64,000 nucleotides of DNA from Halocafeteria seosinensis (GCA_001687465.1 LVLI01000536.1:1-64000), one strand, 5' to 3'; positions 9,540 to 22,827 are shown, counted from the stretch's first letter. Notes: a model not told the origin generated them from the letters alone. Program-made: numbers and translations.

Positions 9540-10764
9540 CCGCGGGGTGTTGACTATAGCCCTCATTGAAGTCTGATTGGGTATAGTGTGATTATATCTC
9601 TACTACATTGTACGCAAATTTATATGTCGTACTGGCAAAAGCCCAGTTTGGCTATCGCACGGCCTCGTAAAATAGATATATGGGGCGCGAAAGTGCTCTT
9701 GGTCTATGGGTGTGCCTCCTTCCCTAGTTTGGTCTCGGCCGAGAGTTGCTTCACCCGAAAGTGATGTGCTGGCGACTTCTGTAAAGATAGGAAACCGGAG
9801 CTCGTCCCCTGCTCCATGGTTGCAGAAAGAGTGGCTTCGATCAATTTTGTAACTTAAATGGTTGTCTTATCTGTCGACGTTCGCTAACCTGGATCAAGTT
9901 TGGGCGGAATAGAGCTACATCTGTAGCGGCACCGTCACATTCGGATAGAGACCAATCCTGGTGGCTGCCGGCGAAGCCTTGATGGCCTTGACCAAGTTCT
10001 ATTTCAAGCAGAAAATTAATCTCAATTTTCACACTCAAAAAGAGGATCCGGATCTCAAGGTCTAACGTCTAATCGTGCAGCGAAGGAATTCTCAGTGCGG
10101 CATCACCAGCTCCAGCTCCACTTGTAGAACTGTACACTGTACAACGTTGTACTGGTTGGCTATTTGGACTCCTCACTTTTTGCTGGAATTAGGTGCAGAT
10201 AGCCGGAGGCAGCTACAATACTTAATACGTACTATAGTTTGCTCTAGCTGTGTCATGTAACGTACAACGGTAGTCGAAGAATCGATGCTTTCAATGACCA
10301 CATTTAACACTACCCCCACGTCATTCTCCCAATTCACAATCTATCTTGTGTATTTTTTATTTTATTTTTATTTTTACATCATTGACATCCCTTCCCTCAT
10401 CCTGGGTTATTTTTACCGCTGAGCGGCAATGGAAGCGGAGTGTGGGTCGTTGTGAAGCTGCGACTCTAAGGGAAGGGATACCCTTTCAAGGGTTATTTCG
10501 GATGTCCCTGGGGTCTCAGACTGTTCACGCAGTGTTGTTACTGTATGCCGCAAGTGATTAGCATTTTGGTCGTGCACGAAAACGCGTGAGGGAAGAAAAA
10601 CGTGGAAAGCAGTATGCCGACACCCTACCCCAGGGTGAGAAACCAGGCATATAACCCTAGAATCCCGATATTCAGAGTGTCAGGTCATTCCGGAGCCAAG
10701 TTTACTGTGTGGTTCCGAGAGTAAGACTCAAGCCAGTGCACATACCAGAAAGTGCAGGAAAGAA

Positions 10765-13700
10765 TGGGGTCATTGAAACAAGAGAATAGTGGATCTTCCG
10801 GGAGTCAGAATTTTCGAACTTCGTCGAGGGAAGCGGTGTTGCTTCCGCAAGACGAAAGCAAGGCACGCGGGATAGCTGCCGATGCAGAGGGAGATGTGGG
10901 AAAATCTCTTAGGGGTGTTATGGAGGATAAGGTCACCGAAGTAAAAATTGTGGGAGCGCAGCTCGAAGGAACCGTGAGGACGAAGCGAAGAACGGTTGCG
11001 GCTTTATTTATTTTGCTTCAGACAAACAAGACGGTCAAGTACGTCGAAACCCTGGGGTCCGAAATGAGTCTTATCGCGCGTAAATTGCTGTGTACGCAGA
11101 GAAGTGACCGTGGAGAAGATTGACATTGATCAGCCATGGCTAGTTAAAGTTGTCGCATCATTCTTGAAAAGTAACAGTGTTGTTGAGGTCTTTCATTTGG
11201 AGGTAACGCATCAACAAAGACGTCTAACTAAATGCCCTAAACATTTATGGTGCGTTTTATCTTCGCAGGACGCGAACCTAGGTCCCGAGGGAGCGAATAT
11301 GCTAGGTCCGTCTTTGGCCAAGAACGAATCCATCAGAAGACTTTCACTGCGAGGGAATAGTATCGGAGACTCTGGAACGTCGAGTCTTATTGATGCTATG
11401 CTGAGCACAAAAACGGTCAAAGAACTTGACCTGGAAGACAACTTGTTGAGCGATGGAGGGTAAGCTTTCTTTCGTATGATAGTGTCCACTATAGTCGTTT
11501 GCATCTCTCTTGTGAAAAATGCAGCTTGACGCAGGTGGCGAAGCTACTTGAGAACCAATCTTTTATTACTAGGTTGTACTTGGGAGAAAACATGTTTACC
11601 TTTGATTCTAATAAATACTATGACTTCGTCGTCAACAAGATGTAAGACTCTGGAACTAAAGTGCATGAAAATTTGTTGGATAGTCCCCAAGCTCTTATTT
11701 CTCCAGGAATACGGTTGCGGAAACGTTCAGCAGAGCGTTATCAAGGAACAAGTCACTGAGTTTGCTTTCATTCTCAGGGAACCAAATGAAGTTAAAGTAT
11801 AGTATTGCTCCTATTCTAGATGCTCTCAAACTTCATCCCCACCTCCGAACTCTGGACCTCTCCCGTGAGTTCCGTCTGTGTCAAACACTGGAACATCGCA
11901 GAACCTCAGCTAGTACTATTCTTAATAATGCAGTTTCGTGTCTCAGTAACCGGCTGATACTCGGTCTGGCAGAATACTGCATTGCGGTAAAGGGACAGAA
12001 CAAAAAACTGAACCTTACAGGCGCAAACGTTAAAGGTATGGGGACTTTGTATGTGGACACACGTTTAACCGTCTTCTATATTCTACCGCGTACAGGTAAA
12101 CTTGTAGGAGAAGTAAGCGCATTTCGAATGGTGAAACATGGCAACATTGTCTTAGGAGTCGACTATAGAGGAATACCAAACTCTGAAGAAATCAGGGCAC
12201 AAATAGCCCTTGTAGTACATCTCCTCAGTAGACGTAACAAACCTGTTTTTCCAAAGTCTAAACGCGAGGAGTTGGTCCTCCTAGATGGTCGGAAAATTAC
12301 CCTGTATATGGATGGTGGTGGCAGCATAGAGAAGGTCAGTAACATATTGCAGGAGCGTGCCTATACTTCCTCTGTTTAGTATGGTGCTTGCGTTGCAGGG
12401 CGAGGTCTTGTACAGTCACGGTGATACCTTCTCGTTCGTATCGACCGATGTCGCTAGGAACAACTTGCAGATTGAGGAGGATCACAATAAACCTCTCCCC
12501 TTGACAGTCAACAGGTTAAAGCTTCAGGGTAAGGGCCTCATTTACCTTTGTTGGAGCACCTTAATGCAAATGTACTGCATATGAACATTCCTCCAGGAAA
12601 ATACAAAATGCTCGTTGCTCCGGGTTGCTCGTCGTTGAAACTGTATGCTGTAAGCTCGGCACTTATGAACGTAATCGACTACTTTTTAGATTTGGTGGTA
12701 AGAAGCTTTCATGATCCTCATTGTGCACCAATGTTCGCTGATACGTTCTATATATTGCGCTGTCTCAGGTTCTAGGGCAACTAGCGGCAACGGGGGATTG
12801 GGAAACCTTTTACTTTCTTGCTGCGGTGGTGGTCTTATCCGTCTTCTACGTTTCCTATTCGTTGTTCACTGACGGCCGGTTACTCGCAAGTGTATTGCAT
12901 CCGTTGTCTCTGGCAATTGTCATGGATGCCTTCAATTTTGTCGTTCGGGGTGAAGTACGTTCCTACTTCGAGTCGATTTCAAAGGACTTGTCATTTCTAT
13001 TCCCGGTTCTCCTGCCGCAGGTCCCCTCGGCGACAATTATGCTAGACACATCGCAGCCTATGCAAGGTCTGGCGGTAGGTGATCAACCAAACTATTGCTG
13101 CTTTCATTCGTTGTCATTGTCATTGTGTTTTATTGACGCTATTATCCAGTCCATCCAACGGCTAAAACTCACGGAAGCCCTACTTGAGGCTGCGCCTCAG
13201 GTCCTATTGCAATCTTTTTTAGCTCTTCAAGGGAACCCTGGAACAGTTCTCATTATCTCGATCTGCACATCGTTTCTGAGCATAGTAAGCATTGTGCGTG
13301 TGTGGCGCGGTGAAACTTAACCGTTTGGAAACTGAGTGTTATGCAGGTAGGCGCCGTAACGGAGAGTGACATGCAGAAGATAAGCGCTTGGTAAGTAGGA
13401 GTAGCACCTCCATGATCCCGACACTACTCGCGTTTTGAACACAGTTGTATGATGTTCACAGGAGCACGGGTGTTGATAAACCAGGAATCAGCGTAATTTC
13501 CTTCTCAGTTATATTGCTTGCTCTCTTCCGTTCACTGGAGGTCTTGGCGAACGTCGCAACAATATCACTAGCGATGAGAGCACTTCCGTTTAACATCGCG
13601 CTGTTCCTGGTGGTGACATTGGGATCAAAGCTGTTGTTGACTTTGGTACGTATTTTCGTAGTCCCTTATACGTTCGAGGACTGTTGACTCTGCCGCACCG

Positions 13701-14289
13701 CAGATTTACTGGCGATTTCACCTATCCCATTTCGGCGAAATTGTTTCGAGCGTTCTCATTTCTCCTGGTACGGAACGGATTACGTACGACTGGGTGAAAG
13801 GTACCCGAAGGTTACCCTTATGGTACTATATTGCCGTTCAAATGATATTTGATTTCGGCATCTTGATCGCACTTGCTCTGTTTCCTGAAAGTATTGCGTT
13901 GACTAAAATGTCATTTATTTATACGCTGGCATTGGGTAGGTGACTTGGACGAAGTATCCTGGTGAGTATCTCCCATAACAGTGTGGATTGACTTCACAGG
14001 TGTCGTTGGAGGCAAATATTTCATACTGATAGTGCTTTGGGGACTTCACAATTTTGCCGAAAACTGGTTGTACGACGACCGCCGTCATCTCTTTACGTTT
14101 GGAATCATTGCGAAGAAATATGTCCCCCGAACCACTCGAAGAGATACATGGAGCGACAACGCCAGCGCACATACGAGAGATCGACGTAGCTACTCTTCGC
14201 GAGCATCAAGGACAGAAGAAATGGCGAATCCACTGAGAGCATATGGCGCTTACAAGAACTCGAAAGCAAACCCGTCTTCCGTAGTATAA
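10765..14289 (+). CDS. Multi-exon protein with N-terminal RI-like LRRs and a C-terminal XK-related multi-pass membrane domain
   Basis: LRR exons LAKNESIRRLSLRGNSIGDSG and VKELDLEDNLLSDGG. Later exons are hydrophobic and carry the XK-family motif LLEAAPQVLLQ and LFRSLEV. Many GT-AG introns lie between them. The single-gene model is inferred. Confidence 0.6.
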
Positions 14290-15071
14290 GCGCTTTGTGC
14301 TGTTTCTGATGGGCGCTGCTTCCCTTAGAAATGCCCAAGGAAAGAGAGGAATCCTCTCTTCGGTGACCACTACATATGTGTGTCACATTGTCAGTAGCTC
14401 AGCATTGCCACCGACATTCACGAGATGGGGACAAGGGAAGGTACCTTTCCACGTCCAAGGAAAAAGGGGAAAATTTCTGCGGAACCAGCCATTGCACTTT
14501 AAGAAGAATGGCTAAATCCACTCGGGCGCTGCGGTTGTTTATCATTAATTAAACGCAAATTTCGTTTCGCTTCTAAATTTGTGACCTCTCGAAGCGGCGG
14601 TCCACATGTTAGCAGACGGACGCTAAAACGATTGATTCGAGTTGGTCTGCCTACTCTTCGCGGTTCTCCATGCGGCATTCTCTGTCTGTGCTACAATTGT
14701 ACCTGTACAAAGACTTTAAGACTTTGACGATTCTGGAGGAACAGGAATTGTTTCAGTTGTTTGCACTTTCGCCGTATGGCATGTGCCTGTTACAAAATAA
14801 TAATGGTTTTCGTACACAACACAGCTGACAATGCATAGTGATCGATCAATTCCACCGCACACTTCGCTCCCTATATCAGCTACAACGGACCACTATATGG
14901 TGTCCAATGGCAGATCTTGAGTCATTGTGGCCAGGATCGCAACTTCACAAATTGTTATTACGCGTTTATATGCAATTCCATGGAAGAACCGACCAGTGTC
15001 AGGGGTAAAATATCATATTCTTGTTATTGTGCATAGGGTAGCATGCACGTCTGCACGCTTGGAAAGACGAT

Positions 15072-16751
15072 ATGACCTGGGTCAGAGGGTGCGACCTCTT
15101 CGCGAGGAGACTCTTCCGGAAGTCTTTTCGTGTATACACTTCCATACAAGCTTGTCCACAGCGATGGTGCAGTCATGGGGCCGCTATTTCCAATGCGACG
15201 GCTACTTCCGGCGCCGAGGAGTCGGAGACTACAAGGCAGAGGTTCCTGGACATCTACCAGGATCCCCACATGCCCTCTCAGGACCCTTTAATGGCGTGGA
15301 TGCAGTATTTTTATCGTACACAGCACGTTCAATACGCGAACATAGCGTTCAGGAGGATGCTCGAGTTGTCCCACAGCGACAATGATCCCGGGAAGCTGTT
15401 TGCGGGGCGCAATCAGCTTCAAAACGTCGTGTTTTGGAGCCATGTGCTAACTTCCTGCAATACTTCAGAGCAGATCGAGAAGTTATACAATGACCTTAGG
15501 ATGACGTTGGCGGAAGCAGATCTCTCCGAGGACCGCACCATAGAATGCATGGAGGGCATGCTACGCATGCTCCACTTAGCATCGCGCCACAACCCCCAGG
15601 CTGGAGACATCCGGGAACGTCTACAGTCCATTTTCGACGATATAGCAGATAGAGTGCACCAATTAGGACTGACGGATGTTCATGTGACGGAAGATCTGGG
15701 TCTAGCTTTGGACGACAACAGTGACGGATCCGGGGCAGAAAGAGGTTTGGAAAGCGCTCGACGACGAGTGAACAGTGTATGGCCACAGGAACATGGTGCT
15801 CTAGGTAATGCTAGTAGCAGCGAGGGTATTAGTGTGCAATTTTGGCCTAATCCTGCTCTTCCGAATGCCGAGCAAGCATGGATGGATTCTGTGCTCTCTG
15901 AAGAAGTGCCATCGTGGGCCATGTCGACGTATCATTACTTTACGGCAAAAACTCTCCGCGAGCAAAAGTCTAGAGTAGATTCGGTAGGCAAAGGACAGTC
16001 CGTCTTCAACAGGAACCTAGCGAGTGCGAAAATAATTGTGGCTGAAGATATCGTAAATGCTTGGTGGAGCGATTTCTTTGGAAGTGGTAATCCTTCAGCT
16101 ATTTCAAGTATCACTGATGTTGCTTCGTTATGGACGGAATTTGATGAAGAGTACAGCTTACAGCACGTTTTAATGGCCGGTGATACGGAGAACTTACCGA
16201 CGGAAATTAGCGAAAATCCAGCTGCAGCATTAAAGTTTATGACTGCATCGTACGCATTTAGAACTCTTGCAACGTACTGCCAATATCATCCGGCTGTTTA
16301 CGAAGCTATCGAAGCGCAAATACTTCGCCTAGGCGATGTATACTCTCAGCATGTTTCTGAGGGCACCGAAACCAGTCAATTCTCTAGTGAACTGTCACGG
16401 CCGTTTCAGTTTCTCATGAAATACCGCCAGCTTTTTTTAGAACGAAGACTGGCGGGTCTACGTTGGTCCCACAACATTGTGAGAAGCGCCATACCAAACA
16501 ATATTCCTTCAGACTTGCAGGTTCCGCCTGAGTCCCTAGGACCTCTGTTGGAGCAATCAATAAAGTTTGCAGAACTTATGCAAGACACAGTTGGAGGAGA
16601 CAGAACCGCATTTACCCCAAGCTCTTTAGTGTCTCCCCCGAAGGGAGCAGATACGACAATTCCTCTGTCGGTTAGAGTGGCCACGGGAGTACCCCCAGTG
16701 ACGAGAAGCATCTTCGAGGGTAACACACAAAACACTTCGATACAGCTTTGA
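15072..16751 (+). CDS. Uncharacterised helical protein with a possible mitochondrial presequence
   Basis: Intronless 559-aa ORF with an Arg/Ser-rich N-terminus. No family recognised. Confidence 0.7.
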   Translation: MTWVRGCDLFARRLFRKSFRVYTSIQACPQRWCSHGAAISNATATSGAEESETTRQRFLDIYQDPHMPSQDPLMAWMQYFYRTQHVQYANIAFRRMLELSHSDNDPGKLFAGRNQLQNVVFWSHVLTSCNTSEQIEKLYNDLRMTLAEADLSEDRTIECMEGMLRMLHLASRHNPQAGDIRERLQSIFDDIADRVHQLGLTDVHVTEDLGLALDDNSDGSGAERGLESARRRVNSVWPQEHGALGNASSSEGISVQFWPNPALPNAEQAWMDSVLSEEVPSWAMSTYHYFTAKTLREQKSRVDSVGKGQSVFNRNLASAKIIVAEDIVNAWWSDFFGSGNPSAISSITDVASLWTEFDEEYSLQHVLMAGDTENLPTEISENPAAALKFMTASYAFRTLATYCQYHPAVYEAIEAQILRLGDVYSQHVSEGTETSQFSSELSRPFQFLMKYRQLFLERRLAGLRWSHNIVRSAIPNNIPSDLQVPPESLGPLLEQSIKFAELMQDTVGGDRTAFTPSSLVSPPKGADTTIPLSVRVATGVPPVTRSIFEGNTQNTSIQL

Positions 16752-17136
16752 TAACAAAGGAGATCGGAATGGAGCATGTCCAGTAAACAGATAACAATAT
16801 ACTGTATAATGTTCACTCCTATCATAGTGTATCATTTCAGAACTCCAAAATATTCCAGAATATTCTGAGCTTTCAGAGGTGGACAACATGAGTATTCGTT
16901 TCATAAAACCACCTAATTCCATTTTTTCTTCCTCCAAAAGTTCCATCCTCGCCCAGTCGCCGCTACTTATTTTTCTCGGGGGAATGGTTGCGAACCGGTT
17001 GAAAGAGAAGTCTAAAGCATTCCACATCTAATAATCCAATCTATCGCTTTAACCACCAGAAAAAAGCGGCGCGCATGGCTCCCAAAATTGAGCCCTAGAT
17101 CACCCTGAGTCTGCCTATATGATTTTAACTTCTTAA

Positions 17137-17400
17137 AACAGTTTCATTATATGGAGCAGAATCACTACACCCAAAAACACTGCAGATCCAATCAATATTT
17201 GCTCAGACGATCTGCAAACCACAATCCACAAGACAAAGTCGAATAAGGCTTCCACCAGAAAGGAAAACTTTGATAGAGCAACTATTCAATCGTTACGGGA
17301 AACCATCAAAATGTTGACGATTCCTGACAGGCTCAGAACCACAAAAGAGGTCAGGGTACTTCACGCCCCTACAGCTCCCCTCATCCAAAACCAAAAGGGT
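17137..17400 (+). mobile_element. Possible highly degenerate non-LTR retrotransposon (LINE ORF2) remnant
   Basis: The frame reads TADPINICSDDLQTTIHKTKSNKAS...IPDRLRTTKEV, reminiscent of the pre-RT LINE consensus (PIT.EEV..AI..LKNNKAP...IP..WR.S.I). No RT core motifs follow. Confidence 0.3.
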
Positions 17401-18171
17401 ATCCCCTTTTGGTCCCTCTTCAACTATACTCTTCCCTCGACAGACCACGTCTATTGGCATCTGATATTGCCCGCGAATTTTAGGAGCGAAAGCGGCTTAT
17501 CTTGTAACTTACAATCGGATTCCCTCACCAGGATCGGAATGATAATGGGACGGCATGTTTGTGTTTTCCAAGAGACCTCGGGAGTATTGCTCTCCTCCAC
17601 CAGATGAAGGCTTTCCTTTAGGACCATCACTGCAGAAAGGGAATATCCAAGACATTGTCAATCATATAGTACGGGAAAACCGGCTGCGTGCGCGTCCAAA
17701 TAGAGGTAAAAGGGAGTGCAAAGTCGGGCACTTACCCGCGCTGTCCTCCACGCCTCCGTGCTTTTCCAGCACTGCTGGGTGGAGTATTTGAGGTACTAGA
17801 CGGCATTTTCAGTTCCCAGAGCTATCTACCTCTCCCGAAACATTAAGACAGTACCCTCGATGAGACACAACGGAAGAAACCCTTTGTATACACATCTACA
17901 AGAACTGTTGGCTTTAGCACGTGAATAAAGCGATAATCTTTTCTGCGTCTCGGGTGGTGCCGAGCCATGGCACGGACTTCTCACCCCGACTCGCCGTGCC
18001 TGGCACGGCCAACATCCCGCCCCTTGATGAGAGGGGGCGGGGCATGTACTACATATCCATTGTAGAGAGTTTAATTTGGCTTAATACGCATAATCTGCAC
18101 CATGAAAGAGTAGGAAATTTGTTAGTTTCTTAGATTCATTCGTTAGATAGTTTGACGCACAGAGAGAAAGA

Positions 18172-20150
18172 ATGTCGACCACTCCACCTGGGGACCAGCA
18201 GCTGGAGGAATTACCCGATGATGAGCACCATTCGAGCCATAATGAGCTGAATTTCACTGCGACAGCCGCGGCCGCGGCTGGGAGAAGTGTACTCGTGGAT
18301 GCCGAAAGTACAGGCGTGCAGTCTGCTCACAATGGAACGGAGCAAGAAGATGATAAAATGTCGTGGGCGAGTTGGGAGGATAATGATGGCAATACAAACT
18401 GGAGAGACCATGAAATGAAGAAATCTCGACCGAAACAGGGCATTTTCGATGATCAAGTTGCCGACGATTGGGAAGATGGTGACGCGAATTCGCGGGAACT
18501 TGGAACTAAAGATCACAGTAGGGAGGAATTCAACTTTGAGGATGAAGAAAGCGTTAGTTCCGGAGGAACGTTTGATCCCAATATAATCGACATCGAAAAC
18601 TTAGGGCAAGCTCCGCATAGCGACGAAGAAGATGAGAATGGATATCCCGAGGATATGGAGGGAATTCGACGTCCAAAAGTTGAGAATGAGGAGGAGAGAC
18701 TCCGTCGTGTGAAGCGAAAGCAAATGGAGATGGATGTAAACGGTGGTGATGTTAGGGGTCATGACCAAGACGTTTATGATGAAGACGAAGACGCTCCCAT
18801 TGCTGCGTCGAAAACGAAGAAGAAAAAGAAAAAACCCAAGAAGGACACACCGCGTAGTTCTCCAACCCGTGGCGAAGCAGCTGAGGCTGTAGAGGAACCT
18901 TCAGTTCCTGCAGATTATGACGAAGGAGGAGTCGATCACATTCCTCACCGTGAAGAGAAAACTGTGGGGCAAAGGTTATTAGGAATTGGCTTGATGGCGG
19001 CTTCAGCTTGTTTGTTTTCGGTTATGTCTTTTATCGTACACATTTCGGGTCACGGATTTCCTACGTTTGAAGTCGCATCGTTTAGGTTTTTGGTTCAAGC
19101 GGTCCTTGCGTTCCTACTGTTGGGTTACTACCGTGTACCATTTGCTGGGACGACAGGAAAGCATAAACTTATTTTCCTTCGCTGCTTTTTCGGAACACTA
19201 GGCATGACATGTGCCTTTTGGGCTTTCACTCACCTGCCTTTCTCGGACGCCACAGTTATCGTTTTTACGAATCCGGTTTTTACAGCTATCCTGGCTGCAT
19301 TAATTCTCAAAGAGAGATTCAGTTGGCTAGAGGCTTCTAGCACGTTTCTGTGTTTAATAGGCATCGTGTTTATTAGCCGGCCTTCGTTTCTTTTTGGGGA
19401 CGAAGCTTATAACCCTAAGACAGACGCCTACTCAACGAAGTCTTCGGAGACTTCTACACTTCAATTTGCAGGACTCGCGTTTACCGCCTCTAGGACGTTT
19501 GCTATTTGTATGGGCTTATTTGGAAGTATATCTGCTGCATTTGCGTATTTGACTATCCGTCGTCTGGGAGAGGTAAGCAAATCAGTGGTGTGGGAACACA
19601 CCTATCGAATGGATTTCAAACACTCTTTTGCGCTGGATCTTGCAGGAAAATACTCACATTTTGGTGGCGTGGTTCGGGCTTGTGGGGTTTCTAGTCTCTA
19701 CGTTATTGGGTGCTACAGGTCAAGAATGGAAATGGCCTACGTCTGCAGGGCAAATATTTACATTATTGTCCGTAGGTACGTTCACGCACAGACGTACAGA
19801 TGCCCTATATAAGGATGTTTCACATTGGGGACTCTACGCCCCTTTGCGATGCAGGTCTCTTGGGTTTCCTTGGTCAAATACTCATGAGCAAAGGGTTTCA
19901 GATCGAAAAGGCAGGCCCTGCAGCCACCATGCGGAATTTGGATATCGTTTTAGCGTTTATCTTTCAAACGGCGATTTTGAATCAACCTCCGAACCATTTC
20001 AGTATTGTTGGCGCTGTTCTAGTTACTCTTTGTGCTCTAGCAGTTGCCTATTCCAAAGCAAAAAAGCCGTCGAACTACATCCCATTAACAACGAGACTCG
20101 GACCTAATGACTATCGGGTGGCAGAGGGCAATCGAAACGATAATGTATGA
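18172..20150 (+). CDS. EamA/DMT-family transporter (SLC35G-like) with a long acidic N-terminus; 3 exons
   Basis: FEVASFRFLVQ, LIFLRCFFG, LPFSDATVIVFTNPVFTAILAALILKE, and LGFLGQILMSKGFQIEKAGPAATMRNLDIVLAFIFQ. Introns at ~19573-19645 and ~19776-19854. Confidence 0.85.
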
Positions 20151-21361
20151 ACATGAGAACCGTCGGCATGAGGTTCTTGTGGTTAAGCATCTGAGTCTCT
20201 CGTCGAATGAGACAGAAGCTTGTCCCTCTGAGCATGTCGAAGCGGCTGATACTTTTGGCTGGTTCTGCCAGTGAAATTCAGCTGATATTGGTCGTCGACT
20301 CATCGAGCTGGGCCGTAGATGACTTGGGGTCAGGCGTACAAGGACACTCGGTGTTGTCCCGATCAAGAACGACGCAACATCGGTTGCGGAGCTAGGAAGA
20401 ACGAGTTGACGATCCCTCTATTTCCGGCAGCAATGGTAAAACTTTAGCATTGTAGCGCTCTTCAAATTCATCCATGCCAGTTGCTACGGCTCTTGGGCGG
20501 CTTCAAACTTTTTGTCATCTTTTCTCGCCAATTGTGCTTGGCTGGCACCGGATGACCGAGAGGGTGACATCTAATCAGCAATGAAACTACCTCATCGTGG
20601 TATCATTTTTGTTTCGATTGCGTTTGACAGCTCCAATACAGTATGTGAGCACGATATCGCTTCGTGTCTGCCACGAGTTGTACTAATCTCGGATGGCTTT
20701 ACAGCTGGTTTTCAATAACTTGGTGGGATAGTGTTGTTGTATAGGTGGGTGTCAATACTACGTACAGTATACAGTATATGTACTGTAAAACAGGCACCAG
20801 CTGCTACCTAAGTGTAGTGGCTAACATCCAGCTGCCGGTGGGCCATCAGTCACATCTTCGTCGTTTATACTGTAATAAGTCAGTACTTAATCCATGTCTC
20901 CTACACTCAACTCTTTGTTCTACTGTTGTTGGACACGGCTCTGTCCAACAGTGACTGCCACTGCTTTCATATCTGCGACAAATTGTTACAGTCACTTGTA
21001 GTGACACTTTGCTGAAAAACACTCAGGTTCTACCGTTGTAAAGAAAGGACTTGGTTTTAATGTTACTGGTGAGAAATTGAAAAAAAAGAAAGTGAAAACG
21101 ACCACCTGGCTTCCGTCTACGTTAATGTGGGGCGCGGAATGTTCTACTCGAAGCTTCTGTCATTCCGCGGCGGGTTAGTACATGCAGAGGTTTTTTTTTT
21201 GGATTGGATGGCCAAATGTTCCCCCCCTTTGTACCAAGCAATCTTTTCGCACACATTGCCGCGATGCTGATAGAATGCACATCTTTGAGGGCTTGTATGA
21301 CTGTACTGCACGTAAACAGGACAGGATACCCGTACAGTAGTTGATTAGGGAGAAGAGAAGC

Positions 21362-22731
21362 ATGTCTTTGTCACAGGAGGACGCAATCAAGGAGGCGAAG
21401 ACCCTGGTGCCTACTTTACAGTCGGCAGCGCAAGGGTCCTTGCAGGACGTCCAGAAGGCTTTCCAGAATACACTTCCCAGGCTAAAAGTATGCACGAGAA
21501 CTGCTGTTTCGGGAGGAGACCCTTCTGCTGTGTATATGACTGTGTGGAGCTGTTCTGCAGGTGCTATTGACTGCGTTTGGCCCATTTGGAGCGCAAACGA
21601 CGGCTTCCAGCTCGGAGGAGGCCTTCTTAGCATGTATGTTTCTGGGATCCATAATTGCCATGAATACCAAGATCTATCCTCTGATTGGATGATGACAAAT
21701 ATGCAATGCCTGTCTGCCTGCAGGTAATGCACTGGAAGCATCGTGTCTGATATGCCTACGAGCCGAAGACTTCACAGGGTTTGAACGCCAAGTTTATCAG
21801 CTTCGAACCATTTATTCAGAGTATGAGTAAGTGTTCGGTAGAAACAAAGGTGCATAGTTGTTTCCAACAGACACAACGGCTAAGATGTCTGTTCCATTTT
21901 GGTGCTGTCGTCTACGCAGGTCCACAAAGAAGTCCGAGTCAAGACCGCTGATTGTCGCTCTCCTACTGATGCATTTATTGGTAGAAAATCGTCTGGCTGA
22001 ATTTCATTCAGAGGTAAACTCATAATCTCTTGACTATCTTTGAAAATGTTGTTCACCCAATGTCATTGATCCTATTTGATCCTGCTCAGTTGGAGCTTCT
22101 AAACATGGATGAACGCAAAAACAAGCATATTGAATTCGCCGTAGAATTAGAGGAAAGAATGATGGAAGGTGCTTATCACAAGGTAAGCTGTCGCGGTATC
22201 GGTATTTTGTCGTGTCGCAACGAAGGAATGAAATCCTTTGGTTTCTATTGTGATGTGATGTGGCCTTGACACAGGTTTTACACGCTGCTAGAGAGCCGCC
22301 TGCTCAAGTGTACAAGATTTTCCTAGACAAATTGACAGAAACAGTTAGGTAAGCATTTTGTATTTGCGCGCTTCCAAGTGCATACGCCGTTTACATTCGA
22401 TATGTGTCATGTTGATCCCCAGATCTGATATCGCGGACTGCTTGGCAGCTTCATATGAAAGACTTCCCGTTCAAGAAGCCGCCAAAAAGTTGCAGCTAAG
22501 CTCTCAGAACGCCGTTCAGGACTTTGTTAAGCATAATGACGTACGTTCCTTGTTTATCCCTTTCTTGTTCATTCAAGCAAGTGAATGACGCTGAACCTGC
22601 AGTTGAATTGGAAATTCGAGGGCAACGACGTGGTCTTCGTTCCGTCTGATGCTAAAGGTGTTTCCGTCCAATCAAGGCAGTTGATAGAGAATACCCTCCA
22701 TTACGCCACAGAATTAGAAAAGATTGTGTAG
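21362..22731 (+). CDS. PSMD8: 26S proteasome regulatory subunit RPN12 (multi-exon)
   Basis: Spliced exons give LLLMHLLVENRLAEFHSE-LELL, IEFAVELEERMMEGAYHKV, LTETVRSDIADCLAASY and a C-terminal LIENTLHYATELEKIV*. Confidence 0.9.
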
Positions 22732-22827
22732 TTGGATTGATTGAATATATTCGAGTAAATAGACGTCTGACATCACATATTATACTGTACAACTTGTACA
22801 ATATATATATATAGCTTGTGTGCATGA

